Assembly (NCBI GenBank): GCA_964247055.1
Contig: OZ176055.1
Coordinates: 6,510,001 to 6,574,000 of the forward strand
Source: Paragordius varius
Lineage: Eukaryota > Animalia > Nematomorpha
Direction: 5' to 3'
DNA length: 64,000 bases
Shown here: positions 23,701-38,700 of the stretch, piece by piece
How positions within the stretch are numbered: the stretch's first letter is position 1
Layout: every line of letters starts with the position of its first letter
Made by a program: the position numbers and the translations under genes
The notes under the pieces: model-generated
Database searches by the model: none
Seen by the model: only the letters and a program-made list of their open reading frames with translations
What the model was told of the DNA's origin: nothing

Positions 23701-26700
23701 CATTTATGATAAAAATAAAACGCATAAAAATTACAAAAATATAAAATATCTATCATACTTTTTTTTCAGACAATTGTGGCAGGGGTACACTCATTCTAGG
23801 TTTATGTTGTTGCCTTTTCAAAGAATTTTGAAGTATGTTATGAACCGATTTTAGCGGTTCACTTATCCCAACTATTCGGGTGCCAACGTTAGGTTTATTT
23901 TTAATGGCTTCTGACGATGTTTTAGTGTCTGGTTCACGGGTAGATAGTTCTATCATCATATTATCGTTGGCATTCTGTAAAGAATCCGTAATTGAGGGAA
24001 CTGGAGCTATAACATTGCTTGGAGCTGGTATTATGGGTGAATTGGGATTAGATTGTTGATCTTCGGAAAGGTCAGGCCTATGTTCATATTCCAGTAATGG
24101 ATAACTCTCAGATTGACTTAAAGATGTGATATCGAGGGATTCCATTTTATTTAACCTGTAAGCCAATAGATACATAAAAAAAGAATTATCAATGGTTTAA
24201 ATATTTTTTTCCTGTTGATGACATTTTAGCCTTTTTACACATAAACCGATGATTCAAAAATTATTAATATTTTTTCAACTATAAAAATAATTTAATTGAA
24301 TACAAAGGTAACGATAAAATTGTTTTCATAAATCCTATAATGTTAACTTGATCACTGTAAGTCTTTTATAAAATTATCGTTAATCAATAAAAAAATAAAT
24401 TACTATCCAAAGGAATAAAGGATTATCATAAAATTTTTTACATGTTAGATTAAACTATATCACATACGAAAACTAACTTAAGGCAACAAAACAGTAATTC
24501 CTACTTTCGTCCAAAATAAAAACGGTCAAACAAATATAATTTCCACCAATTATCATTGTTATATATATATATATATATATATATAAATATTTCATTTTTT
24601 TATCTTTATATAATCAATAATAGCCATCCACAAAATTACCAGAAGTAACTAAAAATATGGCAAGTTTTTAAATAAATTATATATATATATATCATATGGC
24701 AAAGATCTTTGTTTAAAAATAAATAAGTTAACTTGGATGCTTTGGGATTATTAAAGGGTGCATCAACCGATTGTGAAGTAATAGATGATTTAAAGTCTGG
24801 ACTTTCAGAGGATAAATCAAAAGGTGTTGATTGAGGAGTTTTAACATTTTTAGCAAAGGATATTGAAGGTCTTCGTGATGCGACAGTCGAAGTGTTAATA
24901 TTAACATTAAGATTACTATTTTCGCCCATGCTAACCTTGGTAAGTTCTGTCAAAAACTCAAGATGTTGTTCATTATCGATTGGTGTTTTCTGATCAAGCT
25001 TTGTGGTCGTCGTAGATGTAATATTTGGTATAATAGCAGTCGCATTAGATGATGAAATAGTAGATGATGGTAATGTTAAGTTTGGACTTAGTTCCATGTC
25101 TATTTTAATAGAATAACATATATTTTTCATGGTGAAATATTACATAGTGTATTACACCCATTTACAGCTCAAATTCACCCTAAAATAAATTATAGGTTTT
25201 TATAAAAATTACCCGCAATATTATATGTTTTTTAAAAATCAAACTTTATTTATAATTAATTTAATACTGAATAAATAATAGACTCTCCTAAAAATAAATA
25301 ATTTATATTATTGATGGGTTATAATAGCCCGAAACATATAATTAATTTTTAGAGAGTATTCAAATTGTTCGAGCGTGATTTGGAATGTTAACGGGTTAAT
25401 TTGAAGTGTAAATGGTATACAAACAATTTTTTTGTTTTTAAAATAGTATTGGCTAAATTCAAGATTTAAGAAATATGAGAGGATGTTTTTGGTTTTACAA
25501 TCCTAACTTTTTCATTACCTTTGGAAGTATATGGCTCATAATCGATTTCATTCATTTTTTCGTTTTCTTCGAATTTGGCTATGGCTGCACTCAAGATTTC
25601 ATGTTCTTGTTCAACCTATAAAAGTTTTTTTTGTAAAATTAATATAATTCCGGTGTATACAAGTGAATTTAAATATACCATTTACAGTTCAAATTCACCC
25701 TTGAACAGTTCAAATTCACCCTTGAACAATTCAAATTCACATTCGAACAATTCAAATTCACCCTAAAAATAAAATATGTGTTTTCGAACTAATATAACTC
25801 ATTATTAATATAAAATATATCTTTATAGCATAGATCATTATTTTATCAGTATTATTTTAATTTAAAACAAAATTTTATTTTTTAAAAATATATTAAAATA
25901 TAGGTAATTTTTAATCTTAAAAAACATGTTATTTGTTTGAAGGTGAATATGAATTGTTCAAGGGTGAATTTGAATTTAAGGGTGAATTTGAACTGTAAAT
26001 GGTATAATACAAGACGTTTGTTTTAAGGAGGTTAGGATAAAATAATTTTTTCTGATTTTATAAACTGCTCGTTATAAACTCGATGGATGAATATATTTTT
26101 TATAAAAAAATATAAATGCAGATAAAATTACGCATATATAGTGACATATGTAACATACCTCTTTTTCCAAATGTGACATCGAATTTTTAACCAATAAATT
26201 TTGATATTGCAATGGGTGCATAGATCCTGTTTCAAACGGCTAAAAATAATATGTGCAATAAATATACGGACAAAACGCAAAAAAATAAGCACCGCTGCAC
26301 TTTTTAAACTTGATTTTTATAAATATACTCCATGTTTAAATTGCAAAGTGTAAAACAGAAATTAAAAAAGTATGACCTTTTTAATAAAATATTTGTTTTT
26401 ATGGTTTGTCATATATATATAATTTCAATTTTAACTGTAAATCAAAATTACCTGAGATATAGGTCCTGGCGCTAACAAATATAAAAAAATATTTTTATAA
26501 ATAATTTTGAAAAAAAATTAAATTATTCATAAAAAAAAGTTACTTTTATTCCTATCATCAGTCATCAGTGTATTTGCTGATATAAGGCGTAGATATTTGA
26601 CAAAATTCATGAAAACATACCAATCACCAAACGACATCTTTAAAAGCTAAAAAATATAGGTAAAAATGTGGCTATAATTAATGTATCATAAACTGTAATA

Positions 26701-29700
26701 AAATTAGTATTTATAAAATAGTTTTTATTTGTTATAGGTATAAAATAATAAAATATTTTTACAGATTAATGGAATCAATTTTTTAATGCATATCGATTTT
26801 ACGGATTTTTATTATGCTTTCTGACAAGATTCGGACAAATAAATAAGATATTTTCGTATTTATTTCGGATTTGAATTTGTGATCATATATTTTTAAATGT
26901 GGTACAAAAACATAATTTAAAATTCATATTCTACCTCTTGTAATTCTTTCAAGTCACATGATAAGAGGACAAAACCATTAACATTATTTTCGCGTAACAA
27001 TCGTTTATACTGTTTTATAGTTTCAATTCGATTGCTATTATCACCATCCGGGGTCTGAGTTGTTTGAAAGTTGGGTATTTGTTCCATTAATTCACATATA
27101 TCTTGCGTGGTTAATTTAAATGGTTGTTGCGTAATTTTTAAACGCTATTCCGGTAAATATTCATAGGGAACATTGATTAAATAGATAAATGTAAAAAAAT
27201 ATTTTTTTATAAGAATAAATGATTATGATTGTGAAATATTGTACCAATTTACATCTTTATATGCTTTATTTTGCAAAGTAAAGGATAGTTAGTTGGTTGT
27301 TTTCATAAAAAATATTTAGATAATACTATTTAACTTAGGTTTTATCTTTATAATTTTTTATATTTTTGGTTAACGATTCTGACGAATGATTTTTAAAAAT
27401 GTTTGGTTACTACTCTTTTCTTTGGTAAAAACTCTAATTTCATGTCAGTTCTATTTATATAAATTTACAAGTAGTCTAATGTTAAATGTTATATACAAAG
27501 CTAAAGGAAAAATATACAATAAAAATTTAAATTATACGGTAAAACATATAAAAGATTCTAAAAGACAAACATACTTTTATAATCTTGATTTTTTAAATAT
27601 AACTCATTGTTTTAAATTACAAAGTATAAAATAGTAAATTGGTAAAACAATCGATTCTATATTTAGTTATCATAGTTAAATAGTTTATATGGGAAAAATT
27701 AAGGTAAAAACTATGGTTGTTTTTTCAAAAATTATTTTATTATTTCACGTTTTGTCCGTATTATAATTTCAAATTTTACTTTAAAAAAACTAAATAGGTA
27801 TAGTATACTTAAATAACTAGATTCCGAGTTCAAAATCTTTAAAATATCGATTAATATTAATATTAATTAGAAATTAATATACTTCAAAAAAGGTTGATAT
27901 TAAAGCCATTTCATTGTTGGGTGACACATTGTTTGTCGTACGACTCTCCATTGTTCCACGATTAGTTATTCCCTTTTATACGATAATATAGATTTAAATG
28001 AAATATGTTAGTTATTTAATGTTTCAATTTTTATTTAGTTTAAAATTTTTATTTATTATCAATAACGCATTTTTCCTTGTGTTTTAAAATAAAATATGGA
28101 TTATATTTTGCAAGTAAATATATATATTAATTTGCACCAAATATAATACTCTATCTCGAATTCTAAACATTATTCTTTTATCCATATGTAATGTAATTGA
28201 AAAAAGTATTATTATTAATAAAAACTTTACGGTTATAATAAACCTGCCATCTATTATTCAGTATGAATGGGTGATGGGGACCCATTTCAAACGCATGAAT
28301 AGATTTGGAGATGTGTGTAAGGGGACTTAAGTTACCATTAATATTATTATTATTATTCGTTCCATTATTTTGTAAATTATTTTGCATTTTTAACAGGGCT
28401 TTTGTCGTAGGCGATAATTTTTCGTCTTCATGAGATGTAACAAAGGGATGAGACAATGAAACATTATTATGATCAACATCAAACTTATTATCAATCACAA
28501 CATTATTTCTATTTAATAAATTAGTTCCAATATTGTAAACAGTGGATGGGTATGAGCACACATTATACGGATTATCCAGGGGTGAGCCTGAATTTTTGAA
28601 CTTCAACAAATCACCAATGTGTTCTAGAAAAATTAATAAAGTGTTTTAATTTATCAATATTTTATCATTAAAAAGATATGTTGTCAAAGGTCTATTATAA
28701 ATTATCTAAATATTAATATCCGCAAATCTATAAAGAAGTATATAAAGTTATAATAGTAAAATTGAAGTTATATCGACAAAACCTGAAAATAAAAGGACAA
28801 ATATTTTTTTAACCCAAAGACTACCATATTTTATAACCATGATTTTATTAAAATACCTTATCTGGCTCATATAAGAAAGAGACTAATTGGTAACACTGAC
28901 AACTATATATTTTACAATTTAATTATATAGTTTATGGAGAAAAAATATATAGGGTAGTAAAAGTGTGGTTGTTTTTTAAACAAAAATATTGTCTTTTCAT
29001 TTTTAAGTTTTGTTTTTATATTTTCAACGATTTATGTTGTGTAAAAAAATTAGCATAAAGTTTTAATTTTGCACCAATAATTTTCGCGTATTAGTGAAAT
29101 GTCCAATAATATATACACCATCATATATAATTCTTAATATTTTTATTCATAAAACCTATTAAGAAATAGTTAAAAAAATAAAAAAATATATTTAATTCAG
29201 AATTGCAGATTCATGCATACCTCTTATGACTTTCTTAATGTATGGATCCAAATTAACGCTAAATGGTAAAAACAATTTCATATCAGCCACAGTCAATTTT
29301 ATTGATGATCCGGACAGCATATATAATAGTTTTAAATCATTCTTATCATATTCCAAAAATGGCTCAATTTCTCGGGATGTTGGTATGTACGGAGATACAC
29401 TATAATATATGTATATAAGTATATTTATAAAATAAAATATTGGTACGGATTTATAAATATCATCCAAAGTATCTATGAATATAATTTATAAAAACTGTTA
29501 AATAGCGATAATTGAGCTATAAATATATATATATTATATCGATTATCAATAACATTTTTGCATTAATAAAAGATATCCAATATCTCTGGAAAGGAACCAC
29601 TTAATTTGGCTAAAATTTATTTTTTTTAGTTTGACATTTTAAAAAGTTAATATTTACATGTCATAAATTTGCTTTAACGTAATTTGAGAGTCAAGCAATG

Positions 29701-32700
29701 CCTCATTTTCCTCGTAATACAATATGATCCAAGATGATCGATAAGGCCATTGTTCAATCATATTGATCCATGTGGCCAAACGGACCCATTGAAAATCAAT
29801 ACTAAATGCTTTCATCAATCTCCCTATATATAAATTATAAAAAAATTAGCATTTTTAAACATTTTTTCTAAATTTTAAATATGTCAAAATTTTTATAGAT
29901 TAAAACCTTAAAATTTGGCTCATATTGATTTTATATACCATTTACAGTTTGAATTTATTTTAAAATAAATTATGTGTATTTTTTAAGATTAAAATTACCT
30001 TTATTTTATAAAATTTCTAAAATATAAAATTCTGTTTGAATTTATAATAATGCTGAGAAAATATTAATAAACCATGTCGTGAAAATATATTTCATATTGA
30101 TGAGTTATATTAGCCCGAAAACACATAATTTATTTTTAGGGAGAATTTGGTTTGTTCAAGGGTGAATTTGAACTGTTCAAAGGTGATTTTGATCCATTTT
30201 CGCAACATCAAATAATATAAAACTTCCAGTATAATACTACCACAAAAATCCAAAAAGTGTAATATTTTAAAGAAACGTTTAATAAAAAAACCATTCACAA
30301 GTATGATCAAACCTGAAACGTAAACAATGTTAGTTAATCGCCTCAAACTGCGTGGATTTATGTCACTGAAATAATGGTCATTATTGAAAATTTTTCGTAC
30401 ATCCAAACTATCTGGCATAATAATATTTGGATTATTATTAGTATTAAGATTCGCCAAAGCAGGATTAAAACTTGTATTGATAAGGGCAGAATTTACATTA
30501 TTATTAGCCATGCCAATCGCTTTAAGACTTATGGTACTTGTGTTGGTTGGGAGTGTTACATTACTTTGCGTGGCGGAACTCGTAAAAAAGTTGACAATCC
30601 TATATTATATAAAAAAATGGTATATTTAATGATAATTAAAAACTAAATTAATCTTTTTGATTCATCATAAATACGTTGTTAATAAGGTAGAATATAACAC
30701 AAAATTTATTAAAATCTCAAATTTTGAACATAAAAATCGTAAGGAGTAATCTTAAAAAATAAACTTATAAGTTATTCAAACGGTAAACTAAAATTTGATT
30801 TCTTTAAATAATTCCAGATGATGCATATGTGCAAAAATTTGAGGTTTTTTTAAATTTTGTTACTTTTGTTCACGTCGCATTTAAGAATTTTGATTGGTAT
30901 TACCTGATTTAAAAGTTAAAGAAAACTAATATGTTTTTCTCATTTGGTTTATAGTTTTAAGGTATTTTTAATAGCCAAAATAATACTTGTATAAAACACT
31001 TGCATATTAAATATAAATTCCCAAAAAATAATTAAACATAATTATCATATTAAACTTTTTGCCAATATTTAAGTATCATTTTGTAAACCTTTAAACGACC
31101 TAATAATAAAATGCATAAAGAAAGAAAATTAAAAAACCTATTAGATGTGGATAGGGGTTGCAAAGCCTGCTGATTTTCACCATGGTGACTAGCAATACTT
31201 TCAGTAAAACTGGCTCTATATGAATTAAACAAGATTAAAAAATTATATGATCTAAATTAAACCGTAAATTAGCAACAAACATAAATATATATATAAAAAA
31301 GGTTTAAGTAGTAAAAATGGTTAAAATAATTTTATGCAATGTAAAACTAACCTTGGTATGGATGGATTATTGCTAGATCTTTTAGTCCCAAAGATGCCAG
31401 ATGGCTGCTTGATTTTGATGCTAGTATTACTCAATCCCATATTCGAAGAATATATTAAATGTTGACTTGGGCTATATTTCTGGAATGGGTAAAAGGGGGT
31501 AAAATAGATATTTGGAAATAATATTTTCAAGGTTTTGTGTAAAAAATTAAATTAATACAGTCAAACGCCGGATTCGTTTTTTTGTCAAAAAGATTCTTTT
31601 AATACTCGTTTTTTATAAATAATTTATAATAATTGTAAAGTAAAATTTACAATGTACGAATCTATTGATTAATAATGAACCATAATAATAAGATTGATAT
31701 CAGAGAAAATAAATAAAATATATACTTTTGCCATATTTTTGTATTTAAGCTCAGGGTTAGCAATCTTATTTGCACAAAATTGTAAAAGCCCTTGCCTTTG
31801 GAGAAAAATGGGCAAATTAACCGCATTTCGTAAGTATTCGTATCCCTTGATGGATGATTTGTAAAAAGCACTACTAAGATTACTCTCAATAGCACGTACA
31901 ATTATATGAGGATCTAAAAATCATTTTTTATATGTAGTAAGACCTCTTTTCTAAAATTTTGACAAAAATATTTTATGAATGTTTGAATTAAGGAATATCA
32001 CAAATTATCGTTGTTAGGCATAAAAATGATTAAACATTTTTTATGTGCTTATAAAAACGCATCAAACGTTCTCTATTACAAATAATATATATCAAAAATA
32101 ACTAATATATTAAAAGAGCGAGTTTGAATTTATGGTAAAAATTTTTGATTTGAAAGTTTAGTACCAAAAAGTCATTTTTCACAAACAAAGAGGTAAAAAT
32201 GGGTCGACTAATATTTATCAAAATATACCGTACAAAAAATGATTTACTGTAAATAGGAAAAAATCAAAACCTATAGCTAAAATAGTTATAAAGGGTGAAT
32301 TTGGGTTTGCGGTATTATCGGAAAAGAGTGTTTTAACAGCCTCCAAAACTTGTAAAATCTTTTCTTGTTCACAAGAATCCAGGCCATCTATAATAACAAC
32401 TAATCTAGTTTGACGAACACTGAATGCATCAATCGTTTCAACTAAATCAACCAAATGTTTGACCTTCCGAAAAAAATATATAGTTATAAAAATTTATGGA
32501 TTAAAAGATAACAAGGCGTAAAATATGTAAAAAAAGCTATAGGTGCAGACAAACAGCCGTAATTAAAAAGAAAGTCAACCATATTTTTTGATTCAAAAAT
32601 TTATGCTATTTAGCCTATAATAAATTTTATAGTATATCAATATGGAATAAGGTTAAGAAACCCTCATTATATTTACCAGTGTAGAATGACCCCTGTATTA

Positions 32701-35700
32701 GTTATATAGAAAATAATAATAATATAAATATATGAATGATTTTTTAGTTTTGAAATAATATTATCACGGCCTTTTACCATTTTACGCCTTAAATTATAAA
32801 AATAAAATGTTACTAAATAAATAAAATTTTATTATCATTACCTCAACTTTCATTTTTTGCATGAAACCCTCAGATTTTTGGGCATCAATGTTATCAGCGG
32901 CCTTTAAGACACGGTGAGCTTGAGACTGAAAAGTAAATTGGAATAGGCGTTTCCACACAAATAAATTCACTAAATTAAAGGAGATATTATTTGATTTAAT
33001 TTGAAAGCGAAACGTAATATTTCTCAAAGTTTTGCCAATAATTTTACCGTTGAAGAAATGTAATTCATTGTTATACAAATTAATAAGTAGCATTTTTTTG
33101 GTTTAAAAGAATATCTTAACTTCCACAATATACATATTTTTTCATAATAAATTTCCAAAAAAATCAGGATAAAAACTTTTTGTGCGCATATTTATGATAA
33201 AATTACAATCCATATAAATGAAATGTAAAAACCTAGTATGGCTAAAACTATGATGCTACTTAGCGTTAATAGAATCTTAAAATTTTGTGATTTGAGAAAT
33301 GTGGTGAGATCAGTAAATGAGGCTAAATCATCCTTTGCAATTCGCAATAACAATGCAGCCAAGGCTATGAAACAGGATAGGACTCCTATGGTCACCAAAT
33401 ATTTCGGGATGAAAAAGCAAGTTTTTGTCCGTGTTTTGTCATTAACTATCATCAAACATGAAAATTTAAATTTGATTGATGATCCGAAAAAAATATAGGT
33501 ATCAATGTAAAACTTTATAAAAATAGCTTACTACAATAATTTTGTAAGGTAAAAGTCAGAAAAATTGGTTAATCTTACCAAAAAAGTTTATAAATATTTC
33601 CTTGTTAAATTTATTGATGATTGATAAAAAATTTAATAGGGTCCAAAAATGTTAGAAAAAATACGTTTTGGGTGGAAAACACGGAAAAACCGAACAGTTA
33701 AAACTCCAAATTCTCTTTCAGCAGCTTCACACAACGTAGCCATCATACCAGCCAAAGATTTTTCGCCTCCCATTATAGTCAGTTTAGCATAATCCGTAAA
33801 TAAAAACCTTTAAAGTTTATAAAAATTGTATTAAAATTCATTTGTAAGATTATATTTATAATATAATGAATTTATCATTCGGTATTATGAAAAAAAACAT
33901 TCATTACAAATATACTTTAAAAACTACAAATATATTTATTCTTTCTAAATTTGAAAATTCCATAATTTTTAATTACAATCAAATATCATAAAAACACACT
34001 TTTTGAGTTATATTTTTTCCGTTGATATTAATAAATATTGGCTAAAATTGTAAAGTTTTATAAAAACACGCCCCTCCCCATATAAAAAAATATTCAATTA
34101 TCATAAAAGCTTAATACCTAACACCAATGGGTAAGCTATCATTCCTGGTATGTGATCGAGGATTACAGTAGATTATTTGAAAGAATAACTTTAATTTATC
34201 CATCCGTTCACCCAAGGCTTCGTTTAACTCCATCATACGAACCCATCCAAAATGATGAGCCAGCAATAAAATAACTGATATGATATATTTTGAAAAAAGA
34301 GAATATATATAAGTATAAACTAGGGTTGAAGTAACCTAAAAAACCGACCTGACCGCTAAAATAATAATTCATAAGCGGTCATAAAGGCTATAACATATAC
34401 TGTAACTACAGTTATGTATAAAAATAAAATTTTACAATTTTGTTTCAATCAAATTTTAACCATAAATTCTTTTTATCCTATGTCACTTGGTACAATAGAA
34501 TAATTTTTCTAGTTTTCGACAGTGGTCACACTCAGGAAAATGAATGCATTCATAATCGATCTAACTTAACTTTTAACTTAATTATAAAACATAAACATTA
34601 TATATAGAGATAATTTAATTTTATATATAATAAATTAATTAACGTGTATATACTATGGAAAAACAATAAATAACATATACTATAAAAGAGATAGGTGATA
34701 GCCAACAAACCCACAAACACAATAAGCCCATATTCCCACGTAAAAAGTATACCAATAAACAAAGCTGGGCAAAAACAGAATAAAAACGTTATTGCATTAT
34801 TGAAGCGGGTAAGTTTAAAGGATGGTGGTAACATGTGATCCGTAAACGATTTCATTTCATCTATTGGTAATTATTATAATAGTGAAAAATAAAGACAAAA
34901 CATAGAAACTAATATATTTTTTTTATAGAAACAGCTATATATTCTTTAAACCCTATTTTTAAAATTCCAAATGATTTGTGAAATATATAGTTGGGCGTTA
35001 CCATTATTTCTATCCTTTTGCAACCCAAAACGATATGTTAGATTCAAAAAATTTAGCCTTAAAAAATTATGGCTATCTTTTTAAAAAAAAATATTTGTCT
35101 TTTAATTTTTACGTTTATCTTAATATTTTAATTTTTACTGTGCTATTGTCTAAAAACAAAACATCAGCTGTTTTATTTTAGTTAAAAAAACCTTGAAGCT
35201 TTTTGATAAGAAATGATTTTCCGCTCCCCCATTTAGCGTACAGGCCAACAGTTAAAGGTAATCCAAGCATAGGATCACACAAAACATCCGAAAGAGCACT
35301 GCTATACAAATCATAACCCAACATGTTTTCCGTGTAATCCAACGTTTTCAAGTGTTCTATTATTGTTGATATGAAAAATTTGTAAAAAATAGGTAAATAT
35401 AAATAATTATAAATTTGGAATATAACTTACAGGTAAAATTAAATTTAAGATTATTCGCTTCAATAATAATTTATGTACGTTAGAAAGCGAATTTTCGTTT
35501 ACAAAAACAATTTTTATGTATTTAGGCATTATAATGATAAAAATAATACAATCACAGATTTTTAAGATCAAAAACTATAAAAAAAATGTGGAAATCATAT
35601 ACGAGCCCCAAACAGATAAGGTAAAAATGGGTGAGGTGATTGGGCATCAATGTTATACGGAGTTTGACCACTGTGATTTGGTATGTACAAAATTTTGCTG

Positions 35701-38700
35701 TTTTTTGGATTTCTAAGCAATAGTTCCGTTAAATGACGACTCCGCATACGGACAGATATGTGTAAGGCAGTATCACCTTTCTGAAAAATAAACATAAAAA
35801 TGGAAGAGATATAAGGGTTATGTTTCAAACGCATTTAAAACCTTAAAAATTAGTTTAGATATAAAAAAAGTTGATTATATGATTTAAATACTACCCCTGC
35901 AATATAAAACAATTATAATAAGTAAAACCTTTCTTAACAAATACGAATAGAACGACAATCAATCACAATAATATTAAAATCAAACCTATTTTAAATTATT
36001 TCATTTTACATTTCGACAAAGTTTAAACTATTTCGGACGAAATTTATATAAATATAATTGAAACATAAAAAATAGTTTAGCATAATAAATTAACCGTATT
36101 AAGTAGAATAACTAAAGGCTAAAAAATTAAGTAAAAACTTTATCAGGTTTAGAAACGTTGGCACCAGCATCGATTAACATTTGAACGGCCAAGGCGTTAC
36201 GGTTATGTATGGCTCTATGCAAAGGGGCTTCCCCATCCTAAAAATTATTATAATGTTAAACCAAAATTTAGTTTTTGGACATGAATTTTAACTATTTATG
36301 TAAATTCGATTAATAATTTGTTTATATAAAATCAAATATATTAATGAAAATGTAATAGATTGGATATACAATAATCGTTAAATTAAATATATTTAAGGAT
36401 GTAACATTTTATAATTTAATTGATAAAAGATTTAGCCGTAACATTTATTAGCAAATTTTACTTCATTTACGCGTTATTGATATAATCTAACCAAAATTAT
36501 ATTATTAAACCATTATTTTAATGAATCATGGTTTAAAAAACAAAAAATGTCATAAATACATCATTAATGAGTTCGGTATCACACTTATGTTTTAGTAGCA
36601 TCAATATAATATCGTTAAGATTTTTATCGACGGCCCAATATAGTGCAGTTTTTCCATTATGTCCCTGTATGAAAAATATTTAAGTTAAACAAATATATAA
36701 TGTTGATTATTAACAATTTATTTTAATTTTTTTTATCGTTGCAAAACTAATACTAACACTATGATTGACATTAAATGTTTTAAAAATTTCATTAAAATTA
36801 GATTTTCTTTACCGCAATTCTTTTCCAAATTTGTCCATTATTTTTCACGATATCAGCAAACAAAACATAAAAAAACAAGTAAATTTCCGGGGAATATATG
36901 AAACATAAAACTATCAATAAACGATTATAGAGTGTTTTGCACATTCTAATATTAACAAAACCACAAAAAACTAAATTACCTGTGCATCCGTGCCTACATT
37001 ATGATCTAACAAAGCTTTAACGATAGCGCCATGACCATTTTTTGTGGCTAAAATAAGGCAAGTATCATTGAATAGATTAGTTAGAGACGGGGAGGCTCCT
37101 TTATCCAACAAATAAGTCACGATTTCAAGTGAACCATTCTGACAAGCCAAGGCTAGAGCTGTCATACCATCCTATGTAATATATTCAAAAAAAACTTTTC
37201 TAGGCCAAAATTAACCACTCGACAATTATAAAACAACTTTTGTAATTTAATTTAATCTTTTAATTGTATAATTATATTGGAGGCAACTGAAAAAAATACT
37301 TTTTGTAATAAAATTATTCCAAAATTATTAAATATGCAATAATAATAATAATATTCAATGAATCGAAGGTTTTTATGTAAACTATATAATATAAACATAG
37401 AAAAACTAAAACACTAATAAATAGGTTTAGATTAAACTCTTATTATATTATGGAAATCTTTAGTATTCTTTCAAACCGAATTGCTAAAACCCCTTGATAA
37501 AAAGCTATCTCACAAAAAGTTGGAAAGTTTACATTACACTATTTGAGTTTACCGTAAAACAACATCGTTAATTTATAATTTATGCATTTTCATCCATCTA
37601 TAATTAAATTCGAACAATTTGAATCATTACCTTATCTTTATGATTGAAAAGTGTAGTGTTTCTTTCCCGGTCACACAATAGCTTAACCAACTTTAGGTTA
37701 TTTGATCTGACAGCGGCTATCAAAGGAGTCCATCCGTTCATTCCCACTGTGTCAATATGCGCTCCGGCTTGTACCAGCAATTGGGCACAATCTACGAAAC
37801 CTTTGCGACAAGCCCATAATAGTGCACTCGAATTAAACTAGTGTATATAGGGTGCACATGCAAAATGGAAAAAAATGTCTAAATTAATGCTTGTATGAAA
37901 ATGAAAGTCTCTCTCATTGATTAGATAGTGTAAACAATATTTTTATAATCATGCATTTAAATCTAATTAAACTGTCACTTTCCATCAATATAGTCATTAA
38001 TATTTTTGAATAAATCACACTTTAAATGATTATATTACCATGTGTATCAATAATATAATATTTTAAATTTTTATGCGCACAAAAAATATCATCATACCTT
38101 ATCTACGACTTGTGCTTTGGATCCGTGTCGCAATAAACTTTCAACAATAGGCGTATAACCCCTTCCGGCGGCCCAAATAAGTGGTGTCATTCCATGCTAA
38201 AAATTAATTAAGTTTGACAAACATATCCGTAAAACGAAACAAAATCAATCCTTTTGTATGCAAAATTAATAATGAGGAGTTAATATCTCTGATCACTTTT
38301 TGGTCGGATAAAAAATGCAAAAGAAACATGTTTGTGGGAATAGATTATGCAGAAAAAATAAATAACACGATATCGATAGAGAATGGATTTATCCAAAGAA
38401 CCTTTACATTTTATTCAAAGTTAGTTCGCAAAAAAATCAGTTTTAGACCTGTTTATGCAAACTTAAAGAATATTACGCAAAAAGGATCATAAAATTCAAT
38501 GGATGTCGGCTTACAGAAATAGTCAAGGCAAAAAGAGGTTTTATCTTATTTCAAACCAAAATTATATTCTTAAAACTTCGATTCAAATTGGGGTATCTAA
38601 ATACCCCAGACTAAATTTATTTAATATTTTTAGAAAACTACTGAAGGAAACGGTCGCAATTTAAATTTATGCTTCTATCCTAATAAAAATTATATAAATA

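Noticed and set aside
30374-33498. Plus-strand ORFs at 30374, 30384 and 33238 (also 37644, and minus-strand 13465, 14291, 54087, 56370, 57312)
   Set aside because: They are antisense shadows of real exons or of LINE sequence.
35205-35250. Degenerate Walker A in KIDINS220
   Set aside because: Careful reading gives [11 protein letters not shown], an intact P-loop.
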